A stretch of DNA of 64,000 nt. Origin: Camelus ferus. Its lineage: Eukaryota. The translations under genes and the position numbers were made by a program. Shown here one piece after another: positions 12,081-24,830 of the stretch (position 1 is the stretch's first letter; each line of letters starts with the position of its first letter). The notes beneath the pieces are model-generated. The model saw only the letters and a list, made by a program, of their open reading frames with translations, was not told where the DNA came from and searched no databases. The stretch lies in assembly GCF_009834535.1 (NCBI RefSeq), contig NC_045696.1:76262001-76326000 (forward strand). Direction: 5' to 3'.

Positions 12081-13097
12081 CTTAAACAAAAGAAAAACAG
12101 TAAAAGAAGGTACTCTTCCTGTTAAGTTCAACTATGAGCACAAAGGTTGATTATCTCACTTTCAGTATGACCAGTTGCAGTCTAAATATTATTTTATGAA
12201 TGGCAGCTACCATCATATGGAAAGCATGACTATCCTGAATAACAGATTTACAAGTCAGAGATACAACGCAGAGAGTGCAAACCCAAATGTCTGCAGGAGC
12301 CCAGCAAGCATTAAAGGGTGAGGCAAACCGAGGGGAAGATAAAAGGAAGACACAGCACTGGAGGTAACTAGAGTATGGATGCTCATCCAAGGTGACATGT
12401 GATAGGGGCCTACTTTCTCAGAAGTTTAAATTAAGATCAGATGAACAGACAAGCTCCAAGGTCAAGTGGGTGCTTTCAGAACAGTGATTTAATCCTCTGT
12501 CAGAAGGGGCCACACCCAGAAACCAGAACCCAGCAAATGCCAGAGGAACTAACTCTGAAGACCAGTAAAAAATACCCAAAACCTTTCCAATTCTATCCTC
12601 AAAGAAGAGCATGTCAACACAAAGGGACCAGTTCCAGGGAATATCCTAGGACAAGAGTATTTCAGTATTTCTCAGATTGTATACCACAATAGTGACTGCC
12701 TACACTGCTTGTCCTAAGGCCCAGCCTGAAAGACAGTTCAGCTTGCCTTTTCTCAGGCAGGAAGGACATCAACCACAACTGCTTCAAAAACAGGTAACTG
12801 AAACAACTGGGGAAACAGAGGGTTTCCATGTAAGAAAAAATAATTTTACACAAATCTCTTTGGTCCTAGAAAGACCCAGCTGGAGAAGACTTAACATATC
12901 TGTATTAGGTATTTACGAATTACATATTTACAAATTCCTTGGTTTGTGTGTTTATAACCCACTAAGTTAATGAAAATCTCTACTCCATTTCTGCTATGGA
13001 CACCCAGCCATCCTGCCACTAACCCACTTGGGCAATTACTGAGAGGGAATGATCCAAGCAGACCTTTCCCTTCTTATGTTATTAAGAATTGTGTCAT

Positions 13098-13462
13098 CCT
13101 TGGAGATTGTCATTCTAAGTGAAGTAAGTCAGAAAGAGTAAGAAAAATACCATATGATATCACTTATATGTGGAATCTAAAAAAAAAAAAAAAAGGGACA
13201 CAAATGAACTTATCTACAAATCAGAAACAGACTCACAGACAAAGAGAACAAACTTATGGTCTCCAGGGGGAAAGGAGGTGGGAACGGTTAAATTGGGAAT
13301 TCAAAATTCGCACCTCTTGGGGAGAGATGGAAATGTTAGCTGTCTTGATTGTGGTGGTGGTATCATTGGCGTATACACCTACCAAAATTCATCAAATTGT
13401 ACATCTGAAACATGTGTAGTTTACTGTATAGAAATCATACCACAATAAAGGTGTTTAAAAAA
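13098..13462 (+). mobile_element. 5'-truncated chimeric L1 insertion with a 14-bp TSD
   Basis: L1 3' motif attctaagtgaagtaagtcagaaagag...tcacttatatgtggaatct; AATAAA at 13444 and an A tail; TSD aagaattgtgtcat at 13084-13097 and 13463-13476. Confidence 0.9.
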
Positions 13463-13519
13463 AAGAATTGTGTCATTATTGCATAAGACCTAAGTTGCAA
13501 AAACTGTTATTTCAAAAAT

Positions 13520-13800
13520 GATGATTGAGCTCTTTCCATGCACCAGGTCTTAGTTGCTGGAAAAACAAAAGTGGGTAAAGCAAAGTCCTTGTTCTCTACA
13601 AATTCCAGGCTGAGTGGGTGTCAACCACATTAAAAACTAGCCAAATGACTATGCAAGAAAACACATTATGAATACAATGTTATGATATTATGGGCATGGA
13701 TAGCCCTAATTCTGCCTGGCAGGTAGAGAAAGGGACATTTGAGCTAGCCTTTAAATGACTGTGAAATACAGGAAGAGTTGTTCCAGAACTTGACATCTTG
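13520..13800 (-). mobile_element. L2 fragment
   Basis: attgagctctttccatgcaccagg...gtccttgttctc...acatttgagctagccttta. Confidence 0.55.
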
Positions 13801-14459
13801 TCTAGAATTTCATATTTGTAAAACCCAGTATCTGGTAATAAGTCATTATCAAGTAAAATTTTTCTTTGGTTTGCTTTCATCTTAGGTTTTCTTTTTTGTT
13901 TGGGTGTGTTTTGGCTTTATTTTTATGAAAAGCACCTAAGAAATTTACAAATTCTCTTTACTAAGTCCCATATTGCCCTTGAGTTTAGTTGGGGTCGAAT
14001 TATAAATATTTCTCATCTCTTTCCCTAGCTACTAACTTCTTTAAATAGGATCCCATAAAGTGACACAATGACATTTAATAATAAACTCAATGCATAAAAC
14101 TGCTGAAGTGTTTGAAAAATATAAAAGCTTTATGACAATACATATCAAATGATACAGAATATGAAAAAGTCCTGGAACATTAGCAGGATTGGCTAGAAAT
14201 AAACCCATCATAAATTAACCTCAGTTTCATACAAGTGGAAATGGCAATTATATCGAAACAGAGGAAGATTTTCAAAACCAATAGTTTTTATGTTATTAGA
14301 TTGATGCCCCAACACCATGAATGGCTCATTGTCATTTGATGATTGTGCCAGCCTATTTAGTTCTTGAGATCTTAATTATAGTACTTTCCAGGAGATGAAC
14401 TATGGGTGAAAAAAATCATAGCTTTTTATAATACAACAAACCAGCCCCCTAAAAAAATA

Positions 14460-15600
14460 TTTTGTAAAAAAAATAAGAAAACACATCATGTATTTTCAGG
14501 TTTATCATGCCATACACCTTCAAGATAATTACTGTTTGTCATTTGGTTTATACATTTTTAAAAATCTGATAAAAGATAGGCAAAATTAAATCAAATGCTT
14601 TTAGCAGACATTTAATGAATTCCCCCTGCTAATGTTTACATTGCTAGGCTATCTATTTGTACATCATCTGTCACTTGTTTCCAAAGGGTTCTATTTTCTG
14701 ATATGATACAGTATGTTATGAATCAGCTAATTATACAATAACCTTTATCAGAAGCAAAGCCAGAATTACATGTACTTCAGGACAGTTATTTCTAATCCTC
14801 ATTTTAAATTACATCTGTCTCTTAAGTCGGGAGAAGAAAGAGGCAGTTGGTAAACAAGACACCTACGGCTAAAGCCAATTGATGGATTTGTCTTGTTGGA
14901 CAATGATAGTTAGTAAGAGCTGTAAAGAAAAAGATTTGTATTTTCATAAACTAAATGCATTGTGTAAATATTATTTTCCTTCCAAGTTGGCCCAGACTTA
15001 CTGTCTTTACCTAGTGAATTGCTTATGATGTAGAGAAATAATCTCTAATGGGTTCCAAAATGTCTTCATGGAAAGGGACAGATAGGTGGATGTGAATAAA
15101 TAATCAACCATTTCAACATTGTGCAAATGTGTTCTAAATCTTTTTTTTTTCCATTTGGTATCAAATGTAAGGTATCCAATAATTGCATCTATGATAGAAA
15201 ATCTGCTTTGACTGATGCTGTGACTTTTGGGCAAAATATGTTAAATAATGAAATGTCTCCCCTCTCCTTTCCTCTCCCTAGCCCCTCTGCCCCTATTCTC
15301 TACCTTGCTACTATTTCAGTACGCATTTAACATGTTTATGGTTACTTCAACACCAGTGAACGTAGGACAACTGACGTTTAAAAGGGCATGGGTTAGGGGC
15401 GACGACTTCCTTCTTCTCATCACTTGTTCACATATGGGGGGAAAAAGATATTCTTTGCAATTTTTGGTGGATGGGCCATGTGAGTTAGCCCACACATTGG
15501 TTTGTGAACTGATTGTTCCCATCAGATGAGTCAGTAGAGAGGAGAATGTTAACTTCTTTGAGGGGACATTTTCTGAAAAATTAAAAAAAAAAAAAAAGGT
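14460..15600 (-). other. Repeat-free block with clustered splice sites (candidate exons 15002-15010 and 14867-14919; acceptors near 15572, 15421, 15063, 14820)
   Basis: Examples: ttcactag|GTAAAGACA|gtaagt; tctttttctttacag|53 nt|gtaggt; tttttttaatttttcag| followed by a frame open to the stop at 15316. No recognisable transposon. Exon usage cannot be resolved from sequence alone. Confidence 0.35.
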
Positions 15601-18600
15601 GCAGGGTTTTACCACCGACTCCATGACTAGGACAGCTCTTACTGTGATCTTCCTCAGGTGCTTTTCTAGGGAACAACAGCCTCTCACCATCACCCAGCTA
15701 TATCATACAACACAGAATGTATGTAAATGCTAGACATTGAAAGTGTGCTAAGCCAAATGCAAATATTTGCATGTTCTGATATAGTTTAAGACCTCCCCAG
15801 ATAAGGAGGTGCTGAGATCTACTTTCAGGCACTTGCTTATTTTTCTTTACCTATGTCTCCTTCACATTTCCTTCACTGACTCACCGCCTTTAACAGAGAG
15901 CATGCAATGACAACAAACCATTCACACAGACTTCATAAACCCCAGGGTCATGAAAAATAAACCCCTTTTTTGAAATCCCTGCTAGATCCTTCATTTCAAT
16001 CATGTATTTTTTCTGATTCAAGGAGAAAAAGACATTTATTTTCTACATACTTAGCAAACAGAGTGTCATCTATCATATCTAATAAATGCTAATATATTCT
16101 TAAGAGATGAAGAAAAAAATGTTAGACAGAAGGTAGCAAAGGCCAAATTTCTGGGCTTTCAAGGATTTGAAAATAGCCTGAGAAAACATAGCCCTTTTAC
16201 CCCAACACTGGGTAAACCACCAGCTAGCACTCCCCAAGGAGGGGTTACAAACCTACCCACCAACTCAGCAGAAGATATAAGCTTTCTGGAGTGATGCAGA
16301 GTATCCATTATGTCAAACGCCTCAGGGGAAACACTGGTCCTCAAACTACCTCCCTACCTCATTTTATTTTCCCTTCAGAACCAAGTTTTTGCAAGGATCT
16401 TTTAATATTTGCTCTCCTCAACTTCATACCTCCCTCTCAAACTTCTCATTGAAATTTCTGTATTCTTATCCTTGTGCCCCAACACTTTCCAACTTGCAAC
16501 AAGTCCTTTCAGTCCCTATTTAGAATTTGTTCTTTCTTGAGATGGCTTCACCAATCCCCCCACCAAATTAAGCATTCTGACTCACCCTTGTTATAGCACT
16601 TATGACGATCTTACCTACCTCCGAAGTTTGTTCTATTTTCTATACATTGATCAACAACCATTCAAATTAACAACTTCTTTTACAGAAATTTTACTGTAGA
16701 GAACCAGGTGGCAAAGTCAAGTCTTGCTGACCTTGGACCTGTTCTCCTCTAGTCTTTTTTCTGTTAAACTGTCAGGATGTCAACTCACCCATTTCCAAAA
16801 TCAGGGCATTACCCGCTCTGCCTCCTACACTGACCAGCCTGGTTCCCTGGAATCCCCCGCTGACTCAAGCCTTGTAGAGAATCTGTTAATGGTCTGGAGG
16901 AAATAAAGAATCCTAGGCTGTTGGATTCTAGACTCCACATCAAGTCAGTCTTGCCATTGATGCAGGTAGGACTCTATGTCCCTCACCTCTAGTAACTAAG
17001 CCCTGGTGTCAGCAGACAATTCAGGATCTGGGGACTTGCCTTGTTCCCCATGGCTGTGTCCCTGTCTTGGGCATAGCTCCCTTTGAACTGGAGTCTCGCT
17101 GGCTCTCTTCAGGACAGATTCCTGCTCCCTGCTGCCTCTGTCAGATCTCTTGGGCACCAGCACCCGCCCTCTTCCCCCTCCCCTTATCTGCTATCTGCCT
17201 CTCTCCCACTCACAGTCCCACCCAAGCCCCTACCTTGTTCTGAGGGGTCATCTAATCTCCAGGGCCAGGCCCTTCTCCTTCCCCATCCCTGATTCAGCCC
17301 ATCTTATCTCTGTGCTCATACCCGACAGAGATGAAAACACAAACAGATTAAGTAACTTTTTGTTTTCCAACTGCTCCTGTTGACATTAGGTAGTCACATG
17401 AGTAAAAATGAAGATATCACTTGGAAATTCATCTCTTCTCATTGGAAATACACTAAAATAACATGAACTTAGCCCACATTAACAGGCATTCTCAAATTCT
17501 ACCATGGGAAAGAATACTGGTTTAGGAATCAGAAAATATGACCTATTTACTAAATGTCTACTGTCAAGGGAACACATGCCTTTGCTTCTCTATCCTGAAA
17601 TTAGAACAACAGGGCTTAAACTGGTGATTTACACAGTTTTGTTTTGTTTTTTTTCTAGTACCACCAAAGAGACCAATTTTATAGTTGCTAGTGTATGCAT
17701 GCATATGTGTGTGCATGTATTTGTTTATACCTCTCTGTATTTTCTCTGGCAAGTAAAAGGATGTTCTACCACCATTTAGTAATGATGTGGCTTGCTAACT
17801 TGAACCAGGGATGGTTCACCAGAAGCTTTATTTTGAGAAATTCCTATAACAGTGGCCAAAACCAATGCTATAAAACAAAAGAAATGAGATAGTGACTCCC
17901 CCTGCAGCCCACTGACCTGAGGCCTGGATCAGGCCTCGACACAGAAAGGGGATCAGCTGGGGCCTGCTGGGATAGCGCAAGCTGTACCATACCAGCTCAT
18001 GGTGCAGCTGATCCAAGGCTACCCAGCAGCAGTTTGGCTGCCCCCCAACCCAATTATAAATTCCTCAAGGGCAAGGAACACATCCTTTATATTTTTCCTG
18101 CATCCATATGGTGCATGGGGGAAAAAAAAAAGATTTTTGGGCTGGCAGCCCAGCTAGGAGCTGAAGAATGTTATCCGCCCCCATCCCCAGCCAGCCTCCT
18201 CCCTTCTAATCACAAGAGGAAGACATTCAGGAATAGCTTTTAAGAAATGCATCCCTCCTTCCTGCCTAAGAAGCTACGTAAGTCGTTCATGTTCTCTCAC
18301 ACTTGAAGGAGAGACTCAAGTCCATTGATGTACTGAATGAGATATTCCTGTATCAAAATGGCAAGAGGCCAGTCAAAGCGTTCTGTTGTGTTCACATCCC
18401 ATGTCAGTGGTCTGCTGAGCTGGCAGCACCCTCTTTCTCTGTATAATGCTGACTCAAGTGAAGAGCCAGACCAGAGACAGACCCTGTTCAGGCACCAGCC
18501 ATGTGGCTGAAATCTATGTGACTAGAAACACACCAGCCAGAGTCAAGGGCACCCTACTTGGACACTTGCACTGATGCAGCCAGGTTGGCAGAGTCAACTC

Positions 18601-20262
18601 TGCCAAAGTATTTCTTATTGTGGTATCTGAGGGGGACCACTCAGGACTGGAAATAAAAAAGAATTACTGAGAGATGAAAACACTATCATTCCAAGTATCC
18701 TCAAAATACAATTTAGTCTACTCTCTAGCACTCTCCAGTGAGTAGCAGCACCTAGGTGGATGAACAACTTGGCACTAAGCAGTTAAGTTCTTCTAGCTTC
18801 CTTTGACTAGGCTAGAAACAAAGCTTCGACTTAGGTTCTTGTTCTCTTTGTTTGTAAATTATTGTTGCCATGATCATCATCACCATTATTACTATCACAT
18901 GCTAATGATTAAAAAATACAAACAACATAAGGAGACAAAGTTAAACGCTACATTTTCTTCTTTCTGATCCTTCCGGCAGCACCAGCTTGACCTTATCTGA
19001 TCTGCTTCTTAGAGTAGGTTTGTGGAAACTGCTAAAAATGTTCCCTATATCACTTACAAGTATGCATGCATAGAGAAGTATCACACACATAAATGCATAC
19101 AATCACACATGGATTCATACATGCATGTGTATTTTTCACAAATTGATTATAGTATACTGTCTGCAGTATGTTTTCACTTGAGATATGTCTGACATTCATT
19201 GGAAAACAAACATCTGTATCTTCGTTCAAATGGCTGTGTAGTATTCTCTAAATAGCTATGTCATAATTTATTCTGTGTTTTTCTGTTAGCATCATCCTTT
19301 CTTTGGAGTCCAAGTTTATCATGGTTTACTCCCTCTGAATTTATTTAAGCTCAGTCTCCAATACATAGAGTTGACTGCTCTAGTTGTTGCCACCACAACT
19401 GTTGGTGTTTACTGGTTGTACTTCTGTATATTCAAACTATTTTCGTCTCATTGTCATTGAATTTCATGCATTGCTTTACACAGCTAACAGGGCCCTCCTT
19501 GCTGTCCTCCTAAAGAAACTCTTGCCTCCTCTGATTGTCTCCTGTATTTCATGCATGCATCCCCCTGTGCTGGGCTCTGCTTTCAGAGACATGCTCCATC
19601 ACCTGGCTTTGCCGACCATGCTCCCTTCCCAAGGTGCTCTTAGTTTGGATTCTCCAGGCTGCATTTCATCTTTGACTGTCTATCCCCAAAGAATGGGGCG
19701 TAGGCCCTGGGCATTCTCTTGGAAACTGTACCCTAGCTGTGTTGCTACAAGGTCAGTGACTTCATTGGTTATGACATTCTAAATCAGTTGACCACAACTG
19801 CTGGGCCCATAATGGCCTCATGCTGTTTTTCTCAAAGTTTCTGCCTCCCAGATGTCATCATGATCCAGAGGAAGTTATTCATTTTGTTCTAAGTTTCCAA
19901 GAAGGAAGAATTTCTGAGCTACGAGTCACTAGAAGGTTCTCACCCTACCCCTACCCATCTTTGTACAGAAATCTAGGTCTGTTGAAAACATTCTTATCCC
20001 ACATTTTGGGGACAAGGAACAAAATTGATTACACTAAAACAGAAAGTATAATTCCCCTTTGAATTGCTGCTATCCCACCAGAAAGTCTTCTTAGAATCTT
20101 AAATTTTGTTAACACCTTCCTAAAGCATCATATTTGGATGACACCAGCTCCCAAATACATTAACATCATTTAAACAGCAGACAGCAAGATAAATAGGCTT
20201 CTTTGTTTCCTAGGCACTTGGTGGTAGAAGAACTGAGTGCAAAGTACCTCTTCTAAACATAC

Positions 20263-20290
20263 ATTGCAGCTGTGCAGCATATCAAAACGA
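20263..20290 (-). CDS. Candidate 28-nt exon (RFDMLHSCN)
   Basis: tgcttgtttttgtgtgaag|TCGTTTTGATATGCTGCACAGCTGCAAT|gtatgt. Phase-compatible with the 31-nt form of the previous candidate. Confidence 0.25.
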
Positions 20291-22553
20291 CTTCACACAA
20301 AAACAAGCATGTAAAATTTCCAAAAAGATGTCAATCATTTGGGGAAAAAAATAATTATTAAAGCTCCCAACTAGCCAAGAAATTCTTTCCCTCTTCTTTA
20401 AAGACTGAAGACTTTTTCCTGAGTGGGAGGTACCCCTCATATAAATACAGCTTGAAGGCTGCAAGGTTCCAGCTGTTTAAGTGGAGCCAGCCAATATCTA
20501 TCAGGATGCTAGACGATTGCCAGGAAAACTCTGTGACAAGCAGCTCATTTTTCATCTAAGAATTCGATTGAAATTCTATCTCCCTCACCCATGCAGTTTA
20601 ATTTAATCGATAGAACATTACACTATGTCACATTTAGTATTAAAAATAAATGATACAGACCAGATATTTGAAAACTGGGCATTTGTTTTTGCAGGCATTT
20701 TGACTTTCCAGTGACAAACATTCCAACTTGCAGTGCTGGAAAAGCCAAACACGGAAAAGTGTCTCCTAAAATTAAGCAATTGTCGCTTTACATTTGCTGG
20801 GGATTTGGTCCCACACTTTCCTCAGATTTCCAGTCCCTTTCAACTCAAAGTTCTCATTAATGACAAGGCCTACAGAGAAATGAAAATGCTTGACGGCACA
20901 ACCTTCTACACTTATGGATTACTGTTAGGAGTCGAACATCACAGACGTCTTGGGTAGGAAAGAAATATCTGCAGCTGATTATGTCACCACTGTTCATTCA
21001 AGTAAACTGAAGCGGCGTCACAGTTTAGAATTTCAAAACAGAGTAGTTATTTCAACATATTAGTGGGCTTCTGGGTGATGATTTGTTGTCAGAAGTAATA
21101 ACCCCAAAGCATAAATCTAAATATAAGCTAAATCCGTGGTTGCACAATGTCCCCTCCTCCTCCCCTCCATCATCAATGCTTTCATTTGAAATACAAGCAG
21201 AGATTTCCTGGGCTGGAAAGACTCTCAGAGATCATTTTTACCAAACTGTTAAGCCCTTCTTTTTTTTTTTTTTTTTTTTTTTAATAGGAGAACTTGAGAC
21301 CCTTTAGCCTCTGCACTATACTCAAGGTCACACAGTTGGTGGCAAAGCCAAAAACCCTAAGCCAGCCTGATGAAAATGTCATCTCTTCTTTCTTGGTCTC
21401 CAGAACAACATCAACATTCCACCTGTTCATGAGCCCTGATCTAACTTGCACTTTCGGCTAAGTGTGGGCTTCTAAAACCTTCTCTCCCAGATTTACAATC
21501 CTTGCATATATACCCAGTCTTCTTCCCAACTTCTCAGTATTTGGCATAACATGTCTTTTCCTTGGTTCCTCAGTTCTGGTCCAGACTGTTCTCTGAACTG
21601 ACTCAGCATCTCTTCCTTGGGCTCTGAGGTGGCATTCACCATTGTCACCACCTGGCCCATTTAAGTTCTAGATTTCCCAGAGGTGTTCCCTGTCTTCTCC
21701 TTCCCTCCCTAAAGCTCTCCACCCTTGCCATGTCAGCTCTTATCTAGGAAAATCTTATTCCTTGTTTCCAGTAGTTATACCATCAACAGATTTTAAGCTG
21801 ATCCCTTTTGCCTCCAGATATACTCAGGGGTTCCAGCAATGCTAGGCAATCATGGATGATTTCAGTGATAAAATGTTTTGTCACCTTGATTTTTACGTTG
21901 TTTTTAGACTTCTAAATTGACAATTTTTACATGTATATAACAACATCTATTGAACAGTAAGCATTCAGAGAAATGGAAATTGTCATATGCTACTGGTAAG
22001 AATATGTTATTACAACTTTGTAATCTAATCCAAATACCTTTTAAATGCACATACTCCCAGCATTACCCTGATGCCAAAAACAGACAAGGATGCTACAAGA
22101 AAAGAAAATTACAGGCCTCTATCCCTGATGAACAAAGATGCAAAAATTCTTAACAAAATATTAGCAAACTGAATTCAACAATACAGTGAGAAGACTCACA
22201 CATCACAAGCAAGCAAGACTTATTCCAGGGACGCAAGGATGGGTCAACACCCATAAATTGATCAACATGATACTCTGACAATTTGTAGGACATAAATCAC
22301 ATGAAAATCTCAATAGATGCAGAAAAAGCTTTTGACAAAATTCAACATCCATTTATGATATAAACTCTCAACAAAGTAGGATAGAGAGAATGTATCTCAA
22401 TATACTAAAGGCCACATATGACAAACTCATTGCTAATATCATACTCAACAGCAAAAAGCTGAAGCCTTTCCTCTAAAATTAGGAACAAGGATGCCCACTT
22501 TTGCAACTTCTATTCAACATAGTATTGTAAGTTCTAGCCAGAAAATTCAGACA

Positions 22554-22596
22554 ATAAATAAATAAATAAATAAATAATAATAAATAAATAAATAAA
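22554..22596 (+). repeat. (TAAA)n microsatellite
   Basis: Directly visible inside the L1. Confidence 0.9.
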
Positions 22597-23090
22597 TGGT
22601 ATCCAAATTGGGAAGGAAGTAGTAAAACTATCACTATTGACAGATGACATATTATGTATAGAAAATCCTAAAGACTCCATCAAGAAACAGAATAAATGAA
22701 TTCAGTAAAGTTGCAGGATACACATCAATACACAAAAAAATCTGTTGCACTTCTATAAACTAGTAACAACCTATCAGAAAGAGAAATAAGAAAACTATCC
22801 CATGTAAAATTGCATCAAAAAGAATAAAATACCTAGGAATAAATTTAACCAAGGAGTGAAAGATCTGTGTACTGAAAACTATAAAACATTAATGAAAGAA
22901 ATTGAAGAGGATATAAATAAATGGAAAATAGAAAGATTCTCTATGATCATAGATTGGAAGAATCAATATTATTAAACTGTTCCTACTACCTAAAGCGATC
23001 TACAGGATATAGCATTGGAGCAAACTCCATTGGCATTTTTTCAAAGTACTAGAACAATTAATTCTAAAATTTACATGGAATCACACACAT

Positions 23091-23092
<2 letters not shown>

Positions 23093-23121
<29 letters not shown>
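23093..23121 (+). repeat. (CA)n microsatellite
   Basis: Directly visible inside the L1. Confidence 0.95.
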
Positions 23122-23124
<3 letters not shown>

Positions 23125-24549
23125 CCAAATAACCAAAACAATCTTAAGAACAACAAAGCTGGAGACATTATGTCCCCCTGATTTCAAGCTATATTACAAA
23201 GCTATAGTAATCAAAACAGTATGGTGCTGGTATAGAACAGACACATAGATCGATGGAACAGAATAGAGACCCTAGAAATAAACCCACACACATATGGTTA
23301 ACAACTCACAACAAGGGAGGTAATAATATACAATAAGAAAAGAACAGTCTCGTCAATAAATGGTGTTGGGAAAAGGATAGCCACATGCAGAAGAATGAAA
23401 CTCAACTACTCTCTTACGCTATACACAAAAATTAACTCAAAATGGATAAAAGACTTTAGTGTAAGATCTGAAATCATAAAACAGCTAGAAGAAAACAAAC
23501 AGTAAGCTCCCTGATGTTGGACTTGGCAGCGATTTTTTGAATTCTGATACCAAGAGCAAAAGCAACAAAAGCAAGAAAATAAATAAGACTGTATCAAACA
23601 GCAAAGGAAACCATCAACAAAACTAAAAGGCAACTTACTGAATGAGATAAAATATTTGCAAATTGTGTATCTGATAAGGGGCTAATATCCAAAATATATA
23701 AAGAACTTATATAACTCAATGGCAAAAACCCAAACAACAATCCAATTTACAAATGGGAAGAAGATCTAAAAAGACATTTTTCCAAAGAAGACATACAGTG
23801 GTCAGCAGGTTCATGAAAAAATGCTCAACATTATTAATTATCAGGGATGCAAATCAAAACCATAGCTATTACCAAAAAGACAAGAAATAATAAGAATTGA
23901 CAAGGATGTGGAGAAAAGGAAATGCTTGTGCACTGTTGATGGGAATGTTCATGGGAATGCAGCCATTATAGAAAACCATGTATGGAGGTATGAAGGTACC
24001 TCAAAAAGTTAATAATAGAAGTATCATATGATCCAGTAATTCCACCTTGGGGTATTTATCTGCAATTCCACTACCAGGAATTTATCCTAAGGAAGTCACT
24101 AGGGATGCACATACGTACTCACTGTGGTACTTTCTGTCCATGGGGAATATTAGAAATGACATAAATGTCCATAAATAGAAGAACGGTCATGTAAGTTACA
24201 GTACACTCAAACAAAGGAACTCTATAATCATTAAGAGCACTGTAGTAGAAGAATATGTGAAATGGAAAAAATATTCACAATATAATGATATTTTATGCAG
24301 CTTGTAAGAATGTGTGTTACATAATGCTGTTTTCCTTTTCTTTCTCTCCTTTTTTTTTTTGAAATTTACAGTCACAAACCTGGAATAAAGCCTGGCAGGA
24401 TATATATCAATGTTTGTAGTGGTCACCCTACATAGTAGGATAAGTGATTTTACTTTATTCTTTTTGTCCTCATTTTCCAAAATTTCTATGGTAAGCCCTT
24501 TGCTTTATAAATAAAATTATAAACTATATCAAAATGTTATTCTGTAACA

Positions 24550-24830
24550 TTCACTTATTTATACCAATTACGTGTTAATAAGCAATGCTAGGCACTCCCA
24601 TATATTTATAAATTTATACAAAGATAAATAAAACAAAAGTCTCTGATCTCAAGCAGCTCACAATCCAACAGGAGAGAGATAAACAAAAAACAGAGGTACT
24701 GTTCCATGTGGTGAGCGCTTCAGGAGCCCAGAGGAGGGCACAACTAACTCCAGAGGACAAGATGGGTGTTAGGAAAAGCTGACCAGAGAAGGGCCAGTGA
24801 GCAGAGGCTTACAGGGTTAGTCAGGCAATA
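24550..24830 (-). mobile_element. L2 fragment
   Basis: cattcacttattt...tgctaggcact...gtctctgatctcaagcagctcacaatc. Confidence 0.6.

Larger units (their letters stand above)
22057..24060 (+). mobile_element. L1 ORF2 fragment (RT to C-terminal region), degenerate
   Basis: ccagcattaccctgatgccaaaa; gatgcagaaaaagcttttgacaaaattcaacatcc; degenerate FADD codons ttgacagatgacata at ~22638; many stops and frameshifts. Confidence 0.95.
21940..24510 (+). mobile_element. Older L1M (ME-type) 3' remnant split by the younger L1 piece (parts 21940-22056 and 24061-24510)
   Basis: aaatgcacatact | gcaattccactaccaggaatttatcctaagg join into the usual L1 3' motif. Confidence 0.6.

Noticed and set aside
20661..20870. 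Two further minus-strand acceptors with open frames
   Set aside because: The donors (gtctgt, gtaaag) are weak, so they cannot be distinguished from chance without conservation data.
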